Shown: in pieces, positions 10,401-18,688 of the stretch
How the letters are laid out: every line of letters begins with the position of its first letter
Position numbering within the stretch: position 1 is the stretch's first letter
NCBI GenBank assembly: GCA_903895725.1
Contig: CAITUV010000030.1
Span: forward strand, 8,603 to 72,602
Source: an uncultured Myxococcales bacterium
Lineage (GTDB): Bacteria; Myxococcota_A; UBA9042; CAIXZC01
Direction of reading: 5' to 3'
Length of the DNA stretch: 64,000 nucleotides
The notes under the pieces: generated by a model
Databases searched by the model: none
Told to the model about the DNA's origin: nothing
Seen by the model: only the letters and a program-made list of their open reading frames with translations
Position numbers and translations under genes: made by a program

Positions 10401-11967
10401 CGCTGCACGCGTCACCCACGGTGCACGCGTTGAGATCATCGCAGGGCAACGAATTCGGGGTGAACGCACACCCCTTGTCCGGAAGGCAGGCGTCGTCCGT
10501 GCACGGGTTGGAATCGTTGCAGACCACCTCGGCCTGCCCGGTGCACGCTCCCGCCACGCACACATCCCCGAGCGTGCAGGCATTCTGATCCCCGCAAGGC
10601 AAACCCTCGTGGGTCGGAGCAAACGTGCATTCCCCGCTCTCGGGCACGCAGGCCGCCACCAGGCAGGCCGCATCCTTTCCGTCCGGATCGGGGCAGACCA
10701 CCTCGGTTCCGGCCTTGACCGCACACTGGTAGGGCAGCTTCGCCTGGTTGCAGAACAGAGTGCCGTTGCACAGGTTGCCGTCCTCCAGCTTGGCGCAGTC
10801 CGCATCGGCCTGGCAGTCGCAACTGACCGCAACTCCCTTGCAGGCTCCCGCGTCGCATTGGTCCGCCACGGTGCATGGATCTCCGTCGTCGCACTTGGCC
10901 ACATTCGGCTCGAACACGCAGCCTCCGCCGATGCCGCACGAGTCGTCGGTGCAAGGGTTGTCGTCCTGGCAGACGACGGGCGTTCCGCCGCATGTCCCCT
11001 CGGTACAATGGTCGGCCACCGAGCATGGATCGCCATCCTGGCATTCCGTCCCGTCCTCCGCCGGCGGGTTCTTGCAGCCCTCTTCCCCCTCGCACGAGTC
11101 CACCGTGCAGGGATTTGCATCGTCGCACAGGTTCACGAGGTCGCCCCCGTTTTCGGCAGGCTCGTCCACGTCGCCATCACAATCATTGTCCACGCCGTCG
11201 CACGTCTCCTGCGCCGGAGTCGAGGCATCGCAGGCCGAGAGCCCCTCTTCTCCGCAGACCCTCTTGCCCGTGCACTTACCCCACTCGTTCTGCACGAAGC
11301 ACTCGGTCCAGAGTTGCTTGTCCATGGCCAGGTCGGTGCATCCGCACTCACCGTCGACCTTGACGCACTGCTCCACGTCGAGCCCGTCCACCGTCTTTCC
11401 CGACTGGCATTCGAATCCGTCCGGGCAGGCCCCGTTCTTGCCGCAGTTTCCGCCGCAGAAGCTCCCCTGCGGGCCGTAGGCGACGCAGTAGTCCTGCGCT
11501 CCGCCGACGCTCTCGCAGTCGGCGGCCACGGCGCACGGCTTGCAGAGGTTCGCCAGCGTCGACACGCACGCAAACATGATGTCGACTCCGGTCTCGCCGA
11601 TCTGCTTGCACTCGAATCCGTCCGGGCATTCTTCGACGCACGCCTGGGAGCAGACCCCCTGGCCCATGTGCTCGATGCACCCTCCGCTCAGACACTGGGA
11701 GTTGTCGGTGCAGGGGTCGAGGAAGCAGCCGGTTCCGGGCACGCAGGCCGGCGGCCCTCCCGCCTCGTCCACAGCCTCTGCAAGTCGGTCGAGATCCACG
11801 TCCGGCATCCCTCCCAGGTCGGCCGGAACGTCGATGGTCTCACTCTGTGCGGTGGTCTCCAGAGCATCCGTCACGGCGGTGTCGCCGGTCGTCGTGACCC
11901 CTCCGCCACACGAGAGCAGGAGCAATGCCGCCGAAGTCACTATCAGTCTGTCCGTCTCAAAACGCAT
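7435..11967 (-). CDS. giant cysteine-rich repeat lipoprotein (NPCTDD-type repeats, DUF4215/Myxococcus cysteine-rich repeats, C-terminal Gly-rich beta-helix-like region)
   Basis: 1510 aa. N-terminus MRFETDRLIVTSAALLLLSCGGG has a lipobox. About 20 copies of a ~38-aa C-x-D-x-NPCT-DD-x-C...C-x-D-G/D-N-x-CT unit; then CGNGIVEAPEACDDGNHANNDDC (DUF4215-like) and NGxETDxDCGGxCxxC repeats; C-terminal ~450 aa Gly/Asn-rich (GGxGG tracts). The long + strand ORFs 8404..12015 and 7541..7957 are antisense artefacts of this gene. Confidence 0.7.
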   Translation of the reverse strand: MRFETDRLIVTSAALLLLSCGGGVTTTGDTAVTDALETTAQSETIDVPADLGGMPDVDLDRLAEAVDEAGGPPACVPGTGCFLDPCTDNSQCLSGGCIEHMGQGVCSQACVEECPDGFECKQIGETGVDIMFACVSTLANLCKPCAVAADCESVGGAQDYCVAYGPQGSFCGGNCGKNGACPDGFECQSGKTVDGLDVEQCVKVDGECGCTDLAMDKQLWTECFVQNEWGKCTGKRVCGEEGLSACDASTPAQETCDGVDNDCDGDVDEPAENGGDLVNLCDDANPCTVDSCEGEEGCKNPPAEDGTECQDGDPCSVADHCTEGTCGGTPVVCQDDNPCTDDSCGIGGGCVFEPNVAKCDDGDPCTVADQCDAGACKGVAVSCDCQADADCAKLEDGNLCNGTLFCNQAKLPYQCAVKAGTEVVCPDPDGKDAACLVAACVPESGECTFAPTHEGLPCGDQNACTLGDVCVAGACTGQAEVVCNDSNPCTDDACLPDKGCAFTPNSLPCDDLNACTVGDACSAGACIGQGALECNDFNPCTDDGCLPDSGCFHTPNTAPCNDSNACTSADQCADGMCSGLVPVVCSDGNPCTDDGCDPQAGCTFKTNSSPCDDNNTCTTGDVCVNGICKGSGSLECDDKNPCTKDICLPGGGCAHENISVACTDGDACTVNDFCKNGKCLSGAVVTCDDKNGCTDDSCVDGVCKFAPNTQACDDGNVCTENDLCSEGACGGAPKDCNDKNPCTTDWCDPKSGCKSANISSSCDDGNACTVGDFCKAGECLGGPALDCDDENPCTDDSCDSNSGCAHGNNTAPCSDGNACTVDDECLDGACIPGQEASCDDGNVCTDDSCDSVKGCVNAPNSAGCDDGSACTTADQCLAGKCKGGAPLDCNDGLLCTVDGCDAALGCTHVLLKPCCGNGIVEAPEACDDGNHANNDDCTYICQLPTCNDTFANGKESDVDCGGVCPKCADGKKCVIHGDCASYVCTGGICQVPACDDNQPNGDETDLDCGGPCPPCADGLGCIEDKDCESQVCDGDLCQEPACDDGVKNGDETDLDCGALCPGCAPGLDCVVNQDCASKICTGGKCATPTCDDKVKNGTETGVDCGGSCAPCGHGVPCNLSSDCIADAVCHAGKCSLYGTGVDGVLNVTSGTTTINTQHSSAQGIAAAKTASIDAAAPGFAAGRRVLFHQTMGEGAGQWEEKVIQSRQGGTLTLTEPLKYTYKVGGNNRAQAVVVMEYTDVTVSGGTLAAPAFNGNSGGILAFLATGKLVVSGSGAISMNASGFRGSSHGCFYRCADGISGESASGPVGTGGAAPARNGQGGGGGNRGQDCAAGGGGGYGSDGSAGANGGCGTCAPCPNLGGLGGLSAGNANTGTLILFGGAGGEGGGDEDGGNPGAGGNGGGIVIIKAVDISIAGNGVTSHGGGGANGNQGSCGGWGCGMAGGGGGAGGGMYFVAQTAALGSSLIKSSGGGGGVCTCGGYDGGTGGVGRIAVKGAQITGTTVPAYTKFDL

Positions 11968-12166
11968 ACGATCCTCCTGGTTTCCGAGCTGCAGCGAATT
12001 CGACGGTCAGTCTAGTCTTTCGGAGATCGATTGTCCACGCCCTCAGCCGTTCTCTCCTGCCCCGCCATCAATCGGCATCGGGATCGGCATCGGGATCGGC
12101 ATCGCAATCGTAGTCGCAGTTCTGGTGGTAGTCGCAGTCGCAGCCGCAGTAGCGGTCGCAGCCGCG

Positions 12167-14485
12167 CTACTGGCAGGGAACGTTCGTGTTGCGCGGGGTT
12201 CCGTACGTGCCCGTGGCACCGATCACGTACACCGGCTGGTTGGGCGTGAAGCACCAGTTGGTTTCGGTATCGTTGGCCGTGCCGGTCAACGTCCCGGCCT
12301 TGAGCTGGTACGACTGGGTTGCCTTGACCGCGTAGGTTGCCTCGTCGATGACGAAGGTCGCCTGGCGCAGAGTGGCCTTGGCCTTGGAATTCTTGAGAGC
12401 GAAGCTGGCAAAGACCATGTCGGCCTGACCGAGCCCGGCCCCGAGCGGCTCCTTCTCACCGGCAGCCATCAGGTAGATGGAGGGGATGGCCGGGATGCAG
12501 TCCGCACTGTCGAACGTCCCCTTGGAGCTGCCGTCGATGAGCAGCTCGAGACCGTTGAGGTGCTTTCCCGAGGCGGACGGGGCCACATAGAACTCGAGCC
12601 ATTCCTTCCCGTTGGTACCCGGGTCGGGCATGAACTCGGTGAACACCAGGTCACCCGCGGCCAGCGCCGAGATCGGCACGCAGTTGTCCCCCGAAGCGCA
12701 CTGCCCCGCTCCGCAGGCAGCGGGGCAGGCCTGATTGCCCTGGCCCGGGGTGCCGTACGTCTTGACTCCCCCCGTCGTGGTGTACATCAGGAGCAGATCG
12801 CTGGCCGGCGTCGCACACCAGGAGGTCGGGTTGTCATTCGACACGGGGTCGAGTGCCTTGGGCGAGACCTGCCAGGAGATCCCCTTCTGTGCGTTGTAGG
12901 GAGCGGCGTCCACCACGGTACCCGCAATCTTGAGCTCGACCAGCGTGGCATCTTCGTTGGGGAGGACCATCGTGGTCAGCTCTGCAGAAGGTGTCAGCGC
13001 CGGTGCGAGCGTGGTCAGGGCGACCTTGTTGCGGGCGACCCAGAAGTACTGGCCGGCCGGGGCCGCAAGGCAGGAACCGTCTGCCGGCGAGATCTTGCCT
13101 CGGGACTTGCCCCCCGAGAACAGCTCGAGGCCGTTCATGTGCTTGCCCTGAGCGGTGGGCGACACGTACATCTCGACCCACTCCTCACCGTCGTCCGAAT
13201 CGGGATCGGCCATGACTTCGGAAATGGTGATGTCACCGACGGCCACGGGCGTGAGCGTCTGGCACGACCCGTTGGCCATGCACTGGTCCGCCCCGCAGAT
13301 CAGGGGGCATGTGTAATTGGCGTTGGCAGGCGTTCCCCACAGCGTGAGCGTCTGCCCGCTCACCTGGTCCACACCATCCACCTTGTAGGTGTCGGTCTTG
13401 GGGGTCGAGCACCAGTTGGCAGCGGAGTCATTGTCGATGGGGCTCAGGGCCGCTGCGCTGAGCTGGTACGAAACGGAATTCGAGGACTGGTACGTGGCGG
13501 CATCGACCAGCACACCGTTGCTGTAGACCTCGATGGTCTTTCCGGAGTTGGCCAGGCTGAGCTTGGGAAGGACCACGGCTACGGCAAACGGCGGGCTCGT
13601 CCCCAGCGCCTCGGCGGTCTTGGCCACGAGGTAGTACTTGCCGGCCTCGAGCGGGAAGCAGGTCGTGGCGTTCTCGAGCAGGTACCCCTTGCTGTCGCCC
13701 CCGATGCGGATCTCCAGCCCGTTGAGGTTCTTCCCGGAAGCGGAAGGAAGAGCATACAGCTCGAACCATTCTCCCTTGTCCTCGTCGGGGGCATCGGCCA
13801 GCACTTCGGAAATCACGAGGTCTCCCGGCTGGGCGGGCGGGCAGTCGACGATCTCCCCGCCGTCCCCTTCGACGACATCTCCGCCACCGCCCGAGCACTG
13901 CGAGTTGGCAGCCCCCGGCGTGCCGAAGTTTTTCTCGTCGAACTTCTCGCTGGCCTCCACGGTCCAGTTGGAGGGGAACGTCTTGCAGCTCTTGTCCCGG
14001 CAGTGCCCGCACAGGGAGAACGACTTTCCGTCCACCGGCTTGCCCAGCAGAGCGCCGTCCGCCGCATTGTCGGAGTAAGTGACCGAATCGACCACGGTCA
14101 CGCCCGACTTGATCTCGATCATCGAAGAGGTAGCGGGCAGCTTGATCGCGTCGTTCACGAAGTCCACGTAGTCATGCTGCATGGCCCCGAGGACGAAGAA
14201 CTCCCCGGCTCCCACGCAGACCGGCGGCTCGGCCGGAACCGTGAACTCGTTCGTGCTGAAGTTGCCTGCCTTGATCCTCAACCCGCCCAGGCAGATCTCC
14301 TGGTCGGTCGTGTTGTAGATCTCAAACCAGTCGTCATTGGCGGAGTTGTCGTTGCCGTTGTCGGCCATGAACTCCGTGATGACCAGGGCTCCCTCCGGGA
14401 GTCCCGTCGGTCCCGTGCTCTCCTCGCCTCCAGATCCACACGCCGATGCGAGCAGCGCCAATCCAACCAGCCAGATCTTCTTCAT
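12167..14485 (-). CDS. lipoprotein with four lamin-tail-domain (LTD) repeats
   Basis: 772 aa; MKKIWLVGLALLASACGSGG lipobox. Four LTD signatures: ITEFMADNGN..DDWFEIYN, ISEVLADAP..GEWFELYA, ISEVMADPD..EEWVEMYV, FTEFMPDPG..KEWLEFYV, each followed by NGLE/LxIGG. Confidence 0.75.
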   Translation of the reverse strand: MKKIWLVGLALLASACGSGGEESTGPTGLPEGALVITEFMADNGNDNSANDDWFEIYNTTDQEICLGGLRIKAGNFSTNEFTVPAEPPVCVGAGEFFVLGAMQHDYVDFVNDAIKLPATSSMIEIKSGVTVVDSVTYSDNAADGALLGKPVDGKSFSLCGHCRDKSCKTFPSNWTVEASEKFDEKNFGTPGAANSQCSGGGGDVVEGDGGEIVDCPPAQPGDLVISEVLADAPDEDKGEWFELYALPSASGKNLNGLEIRIGGDSKGYLLENATTCFPLEAGKYYLVAKTAEALGTSPPFAVAVVLPKLSLANSGKTIEVYSNGVLVDAATYQSSNSVSYQLSAAALSPIDNDSAANWCSTPKTDTYKVDGVDQVSGQTLTLWGTPANANYTCPLICGADQCMANGSCQTLTPVAVGDITISEVMADPDSDDGEEWVEMYVSPTAQGKHMNGLELFSGGKSRGKISPADGSCLAAPAGQYFWVARNKVALTTLAPALTPSAELTTMVLPNEDATLVELKIAGTVVDAAPYNAQKGISWQVSPKALDPVSNDNPTSWCATPASDLLLMYTTTGGVKTYGTPGQGNQACPAACGAGQCASGDNCVPISALAAGDLVFTEFMPDPGTNGKEWLEFYVAPSASGKHLNGLELLIDGSSKGTFDSADCIPAIPSIYLMAAGEKEPLGAGLGQADMVFASFALKNSKAKATLRQATFVIDEATYAVKATQSYQLKAGTLTGTANDTETNWCFTPNQPVYVIGATGTYGTPRNTNVPCQ

Positions 14486-14695
14486 GGTTTCCCTCCAGGC
14501 GGCAAATTGCCAGAGCGAATCCTACCCCAAGGGGACGGGACAAGGCAAGGACCGAGCCTGTCGACTCGAGAGAGCACGCCGAAAGGAAGCAGGCAGTATG
14601 CTGCATCTGCAGCCGGGAGCGGTCGCGGCGGCCCTTGCACGCGCAACGTCGCGGGAGTACCCTGCAGGGCGAGTTCAACGGAGGTCGAGCCGCAC

Positions 14696-17098
14696 ATGCC
14701 ACGATTGCGCCTTCTCCCCGCCCTGCTCGCTCTGGTGGCCGGGTGCTCAGCCCAGCCGGAAGCTGATTCCATTCTGTTGGTCGTCCGGGACGGTGCGGGG
14801 AAGACCCCTGCCCGGTTCGCCCTCACCGTCAGTCCCGAGTCCGGCCTCCTTCGGGTCGTCGAGTGCGGGGCCGGCGTCGAGGCCCCCGCCGGGTTCGAGT
14901 GCGTCGATGAGGGCGTGCGCATCGAGCCGCCGCCCTCGCAGGTCTTTCTCACGGTTCGCGCCCCCGGGTACGCCCCCTCGCAGATGGAGACAGAGCTTGT
15001 TCCGGCGCCAGGCGAGGCCCCGGTCCAGGTCGTGTTCGAAGTAACCCGGCTTCCGGAGTTCGAGCAGACGGACGACTACTCCACTGGTCTTGCCGAGGAC
15101 CAGGGGATTGCCCCGCTTGTCGAGCTGGCCTGGGAATCGTCCAGCGAGCTTGGCCCTGCCCACGCGGTCAAGTTCTTCATCAATGACCTGCCCGGAGATA
15201 CCGAGGTGTACTTCCAGGACACGGGCAAACACCCGATCCACTACGACTTTGCCCACGACGTGCTCGGCATTCCCTGGGACCCCATCGAGTTCGGAAACCA
15301 CACCTACGTCGGCCAGGACCGGACCTGCATGGCCGGCACCCTCGTGTACTATCCGGACATGAAGCTCGTCGTGGACCGCCTGGGGGGTGTCGTTTCGGCC
15401 CCGGTCTTCCTCGAGTTCTTCCCGAGCGACGACATCACGCCGGACCAGGTCGAACTCGCACTGCGGCTTCTCGAGCCCCGGCTCGGCTTCCTCCGCCTGT
15501 CCGGCACGGGGAACCGCCTGATCTACGTTCCGGCCGGCGATGTCCAGGAGCAACAGCTCCTTGTGGGCCCGATGGCAATCGAGAGGGCGGGCTTCCTCTG
15601 GATGACTCACGAGGAGATCTACCAGGGCCTCGACATGCAGCTCCTCAACCCCGGAATCGCGTACGGCACGCTCCGGCTGCTGTCGCCGGAAGAGCTCGAG
15701 AAGACCGTCGTGTCTTACACCGACATCCTGCTGCTGACCCGCCTGCCCATCGAGCTGCCCATCGTGGGCGGGACCATCACCGAGGAGCTCCAGACCCCGC
15801 TTGCTCACGTCAACGTGGCGGCGCGCACGCGCGGCACACCCAACCTGGCGCTTCCGGGGGCCAGCACCCGCCCGGAGATCGCTCCACTCATCGGCAAGCT
15901 GGTCCGGTTCGAGGTGGCTGCATCCGGGTTTTCGCTCGAGGAAACGACGCTCGAGGAGGCGCAGGAGTTCTGGAAGTCCCAGCACAAGGAGGCCAAGGTC
16001 CCCGAATCGGACGATGAGCGGGACGGGCTTCCCCTGTTTGCCGAGATCGGATTCGGCGATTCCGCTGCGGTGGGCGTCAAGGCCGCCAACCTGGCCGAGC
16101 TCCACAAGCTCCTCAAGGACAAGGCTCCATATGGTTTTGCCGTCCCGTTCCACTACTACCTGGAATTCATGCAGGGCTCCACGCTACCTTCCGGAATCTG
16201 CGGAGAGGCCAAGGCCGACTGCCTGTCGGAAGGACGAGCCCAGGAGGTCTGCGAAAAGGCCCGTAGCTTCTGCGAAGAAGGGGAGGGGGACACCGATGGC
16301 CAGGGGGATGCGGAAACCCTGTGGCAGTATGCTTCCCGCCTGGTTCAGGACGATGCGGTCCAGGCCGATTCGCTTTACCGGGAGGCCGTGCTCGACGGGC
16401 TCGTGTTCCTCATCGGCCACATCCCCGTCGAAGTCGAGCTCGCTGCCGAGCTCGATTTGCGGGTCGCCGAGGTCTTCGGAGATCTGAAGGTCAAGCTGCG
16501 CTCCAGCACGAACACCGAGGATCTCGAGGACTTCTCCGGGGCCGGACTGTACGAGTCGTACGCTGCCTACGCTTCGGGCGAGCAGGCGGCATCGCTGCGC
16601 ATCCGCAAGGTCTGGGCATCGGTTTGGGCTTGGCGGGCCTACGAGGAGCGGGCCTTCTGGAACATAGACCACCTGGCCGTTCGCATGGGGGTGGCGGTCA
16701 ACCAGGCATTCCCCGACGAACAGGCCAACGGCGTGATCATCACACAGAACATCGCAGACCCGCTCGTCGTCGGCATGTACGTCAACGTCCAGCTCGGCGA
16801 GGTCCCGGTCACCAACCCGGAGAACGGAGCCCTGCCCGAGGTCTTTTCGATTTTGCCGAAGCCGGGCGGAGGGGTCCAGGTCGCCAGGCAGCGCTTCTCC
16901 TCTCTGTCACCGGACCAGCCGATCCTGAGCGAAGGTGAGGTGATCTCCCTGTACCTGACGTCGACCCAGGTGCACAAGCACTTCGCCGTTCTCTACCAGG
17001 AGCCCGAGAACGGAATCGCGTTCGACCTGGAGTTCAAGTTCCACGGTCCCGAGCGGGCGCTGTTCATCAAGCAGGCCAGGCCCTTCACCGACTGGTAG
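14696..17098 (+). CDS. exported (lipobox) protein with C-terminal PPDK_N-type PEP/pyruvate-binding ATP-grasp domain
   Basis: Start trimmed to MPRLRLLPALLALVAGCSAQ (ATG 14696, lipobox LVAG-C); upstream in-frame ORF portion is antisense to the LTD gene. C-terminal half matches the PEP synthase/PPDK N-terminal domain: GVKAANLAEL (~GGKxANL), KVKLRSSTNTEDLEDFSGAGLYESY (~VRSSAtaEDlpxaSFAGqqeT), RKVWASVWAWRAYEER. Confidence 0.65.
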   Translation: MPRLRLLPALLALVAGCSAQPEADSILLVVRDGAGKTPARFALTVSPESGLLRVVECGAGVEAPAGFECVDEGVRIEPPPSQVFLTVRAPGYAPSQMETELVPAPGEAPVQVVFEVTRLPEFEQTDDYSTGLAEDQGIAPLVELAWESSSELGPAHAVKFFINDLPGDTEVYFQDTGKHPIHYDFAHDVLGIPWDPIEFGNHTYVGQDRTCMAGTLVYYPDMKLVVDRLGGVVSAPVFLEFFPSDDITPDQVELALRLLEPRLGFLRLSGTGNRLIYVPAGDVQEQQLLVGPMAIERAGFLWMTHEEIYQGLDMQLLNPGIAYGTLRLLSPEELEKTVVSYTDILLLTRLPIELPIVGGTITEELQTPLAHVNVAARTRGTPNLALPGASTRPEIAPLIGKLVRFEVAASGFSLEETTLEEAQEFWKSQHKEAKVPESDDERDGLPLFAEIGFGDSAAVGVKAANLAELHKLLKDKAPYGFAVPFHYYLEFMQGSTLPSGICGEAKADCLSEGRAQEVCEKARSFCEEGEGDTDGQGDAETLWQYASRLVQDDAVQADSLYREAVLDGLVFLIGHIPVEVELAAELDLRVAEVFGDLKVKLRSSTNTEDLEDFSGAGLYESYAAYASGEQAASLRIRKVWASVWAWRAYEERAFWNIDHLAVRMGVAVNQAFPDEQANGVIITQNIADPLVVGMYVNVQLGEVPVTNPENGALPEVFSILPKPGGGVQVARQRFSSLSPDQPILSEGEVISLYLTSTQVHKHFAVLYQEPENGIAFDLEFKFHGPERALFIKQARPFTDW

Positions 17099-17159
17099 GG
17101 CCGGCATTGGACGCGGCCTGACCGAATCGTCGGCAGACCGGATGACAAGGAGGTGTGGC

Positions 17160-17978
17160 ATGGAAAAGGGGTGGTGGAAAGCAATCACAGTCGCAGTATT
17201 CGCTGTGGCCGGGTGCTCCGGCGGCAGTGACAAGGACACGACCGGTCAGCCCGATGCCCATGATGCCAACGTCACGGATCAGGCCGCTCCGGACCTGGTG
17301 CAGGATCTCGTCCCCGACGTTCCCGCACCGGACGGCGTCGAGCCCGACGGGAAGCTCCCCGACCTGGCCGAGGATTCGAAAGCTCCCGACGGCGTGACGC
17401 CCGATGTGCCCGAGCCGGACGGCGGGCCGACCGACGATTTCGGCTTCAACATCCGCATTCCGGAGAACCATTCGGTCACCTGCAGCAAGTACCCCGACGG
17501 GTTTCCCAAGGACCCGATGGAGCAGGCCGACGTGGACTGGATCTGCACGTTCGACTACGGCGATCAGCACGGCCACATCTACGTTCAGGCGACTCCCGTG
17601 GACTGCCAGGTGTTCTACGGCCCAATCCCGATCTTCGAGTGTCCGGCGGCCTACATGTCCATCGACGGCAAGGTGGAGAAGCTGCTCAACCCGGTCTACA
17701 ATGCGGGCGGAAACCACTTGAACGACTACATCGAGTTCGACTGGCAGGGCAAGCACTTCAAGTACTACCACTCCAGCTTCGGTTTCGGGTTTCGCGCTTG
17801 TCAGCCCATGGACTGCATCCAGGTCCTCGACAAGGCAGGCGGCGATTCCATCGAGGACGGGTGCAAGCCGAAGGACCGCTCGCTGCCGGCAGTCTGCGTC
17901 CAGGTGGGGATGGACGGTACCTATCCGCCCCTGGTGGACCAGTTCGAGCCGTGCAACGGCGATGACAAGTGGAAGTAG
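17160..17978 (+). CDS. hypothetical lipoprotein
   Basis: MEKGWWKAITVAVFAVAGCSGGS lipobox; Pro/Asp-rich linker (PDVPAPDGVEPDGKLPD...) then a Cys-containing globular domain. No recognisable family. Confidence 0.5.
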   Translation: MEKGWWKAITVAVFAVAGCSGGSDKDTTGQPDAHDANVTDQAAPDLVQDLVPDVPAPDGVEPDGKLPDLAEDSKAPDGVTPDVPEPDGGPTDDFGFNIRIPENHSVTCSKYPDGFPKDPMEQADVDWICTFDYGDQHGHIYVQATPVDCQVFYGPIPIFECPAAYMSIDGKVEKLLNPVYNAGGNHLNDYIEFDWQGKHFKYYHSSFGFGFRACQPMDCIQVLDKAGGDSIEDGCKPKDRSLPAVCVQVGMDGTYPPLVDQFEPCNGDDKWK

Positions 17979-18055
17979 CCCACCTCCCGAAACTCTTTGC
18001 GGCCTGAGGCGTACAGCGCTATCCTCTTTCTTGCCTCACTGGCTGGGAGGTCGCC

Positions 18056-18649
18056 ATGAAGGAAATGCTGCTTGCCGGATGGAAATGGGTTCTGCTGGGT
18101 TCGATCCTTGCGCTTGTAGGGGTGCTGACCGTAGTGGGGGCCGGCCGCCGCCGAGGGACACGGGCCTATGCCTGGCGCATGGCCCTGCTGGCCGTAGCCG
18201 TGACCCTGGCCACGGGGGGTGCCGCCGCGGTCGCCGCATCAACCGGTTCATCGAAAGGCAAGGCCGCCGGGAAGACCACCGCCATGGTGGCCGGCAGCGT
18301 CGAGGACGAGGACGACAAGCCGACGGTGACCTGCTACAAGCCGGTCCCACCACCACCTCCGCCCGATCCTCCGGTTCCTCCCGACCCTGAGGGAACGGTG
18401 ACCTGCTATGCCAAGATCGACCCGGGCCTTCCTCCGGTCGAGCCGGGGGACAAGGACGATGACAAGGACGGCAAGACCGACGACAAGGACGACGACAAGG
18501 ACGGCGACAAGGACGGCAAGACCGACGAGGGCGTGATTGGTCCCATCGATCCGGTCCAGCCCACCTGCTACGCTCCGATGCCTACCTGCTACGAGCCTCC
18601 TCCGATGCCCACCTGCTACGAACCCGTGGACCCGGACTCGCAGCTCTAG
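18056..18649 (+). CDS. hypothetical membrane-anchored protein with poly-Pro, KDDDKDG and PTCY repeats
   Basis: 197 aa; N-terminal TM helices (WKWVLLGSILALVGVLTVVGAG, MALLAVAVTLATGGAAAVAA); PVPPPPPPDPPVPPDP; KDDDKDGKTDDKDDDKDGDKDGKTD; three PTCY(A/E)P motifs at the C-terminus. Good codon usage and GC3, but no homology recognised. Confidence 0.45.
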   Translation: MKEMLLAGWKWVLLGSILALVGVLTVVGAGRRRGTRAYAWRMALLAVAVTLATGGAAAVAASTGSSKGKAAGKTTAMVAGSVEDEDDKPTVTCYKPVPPPPPPDPPVPPDPEGTVTCYAKIDPGLPPVEPGDKDDDKDGKTDDKDDDKDGDKDGKTDEGVIGPIDPVQPTCYAPMPTCYEPPPMPTCYEPVDPDSQL

Positions 18650-18688
18650 TGCTCGCCTCGGCCGGGGCTCGCACGCCTGATGAGCTTT

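Noticed and set aside
8404-12015. 1203-aa + strand ORF (Ala/Arg/Val-rich)
   Set aside because: Fully antisense to the 1510-aa Cys-repeat lipoprotein gene; composition is the typical GC-rich mirror frame (A/R/V/G-rich, no motifs). The minus-strand gene has coherent repeats and a lipobox.
12062-12160. Asp/Cys-rich peptide (...CDCDYHQNCDYDCDADPDADPDAD*) in a minus-strand frame
   Set aside because: No start codon or RBS and not contiguous with the upstream LTD gene (which has its own stop at 12167); treated as a noncoding repeat.
11540-14695. N-terminal 1050 codons of the 1852-aa + strand ORF
   Set aside because: Antisense to the LTD lipoprotein and the 3' end of the Cys-repeat gene. Only the portion from ATG 14696 (lipobox start) shows domain content (PPDK_N).
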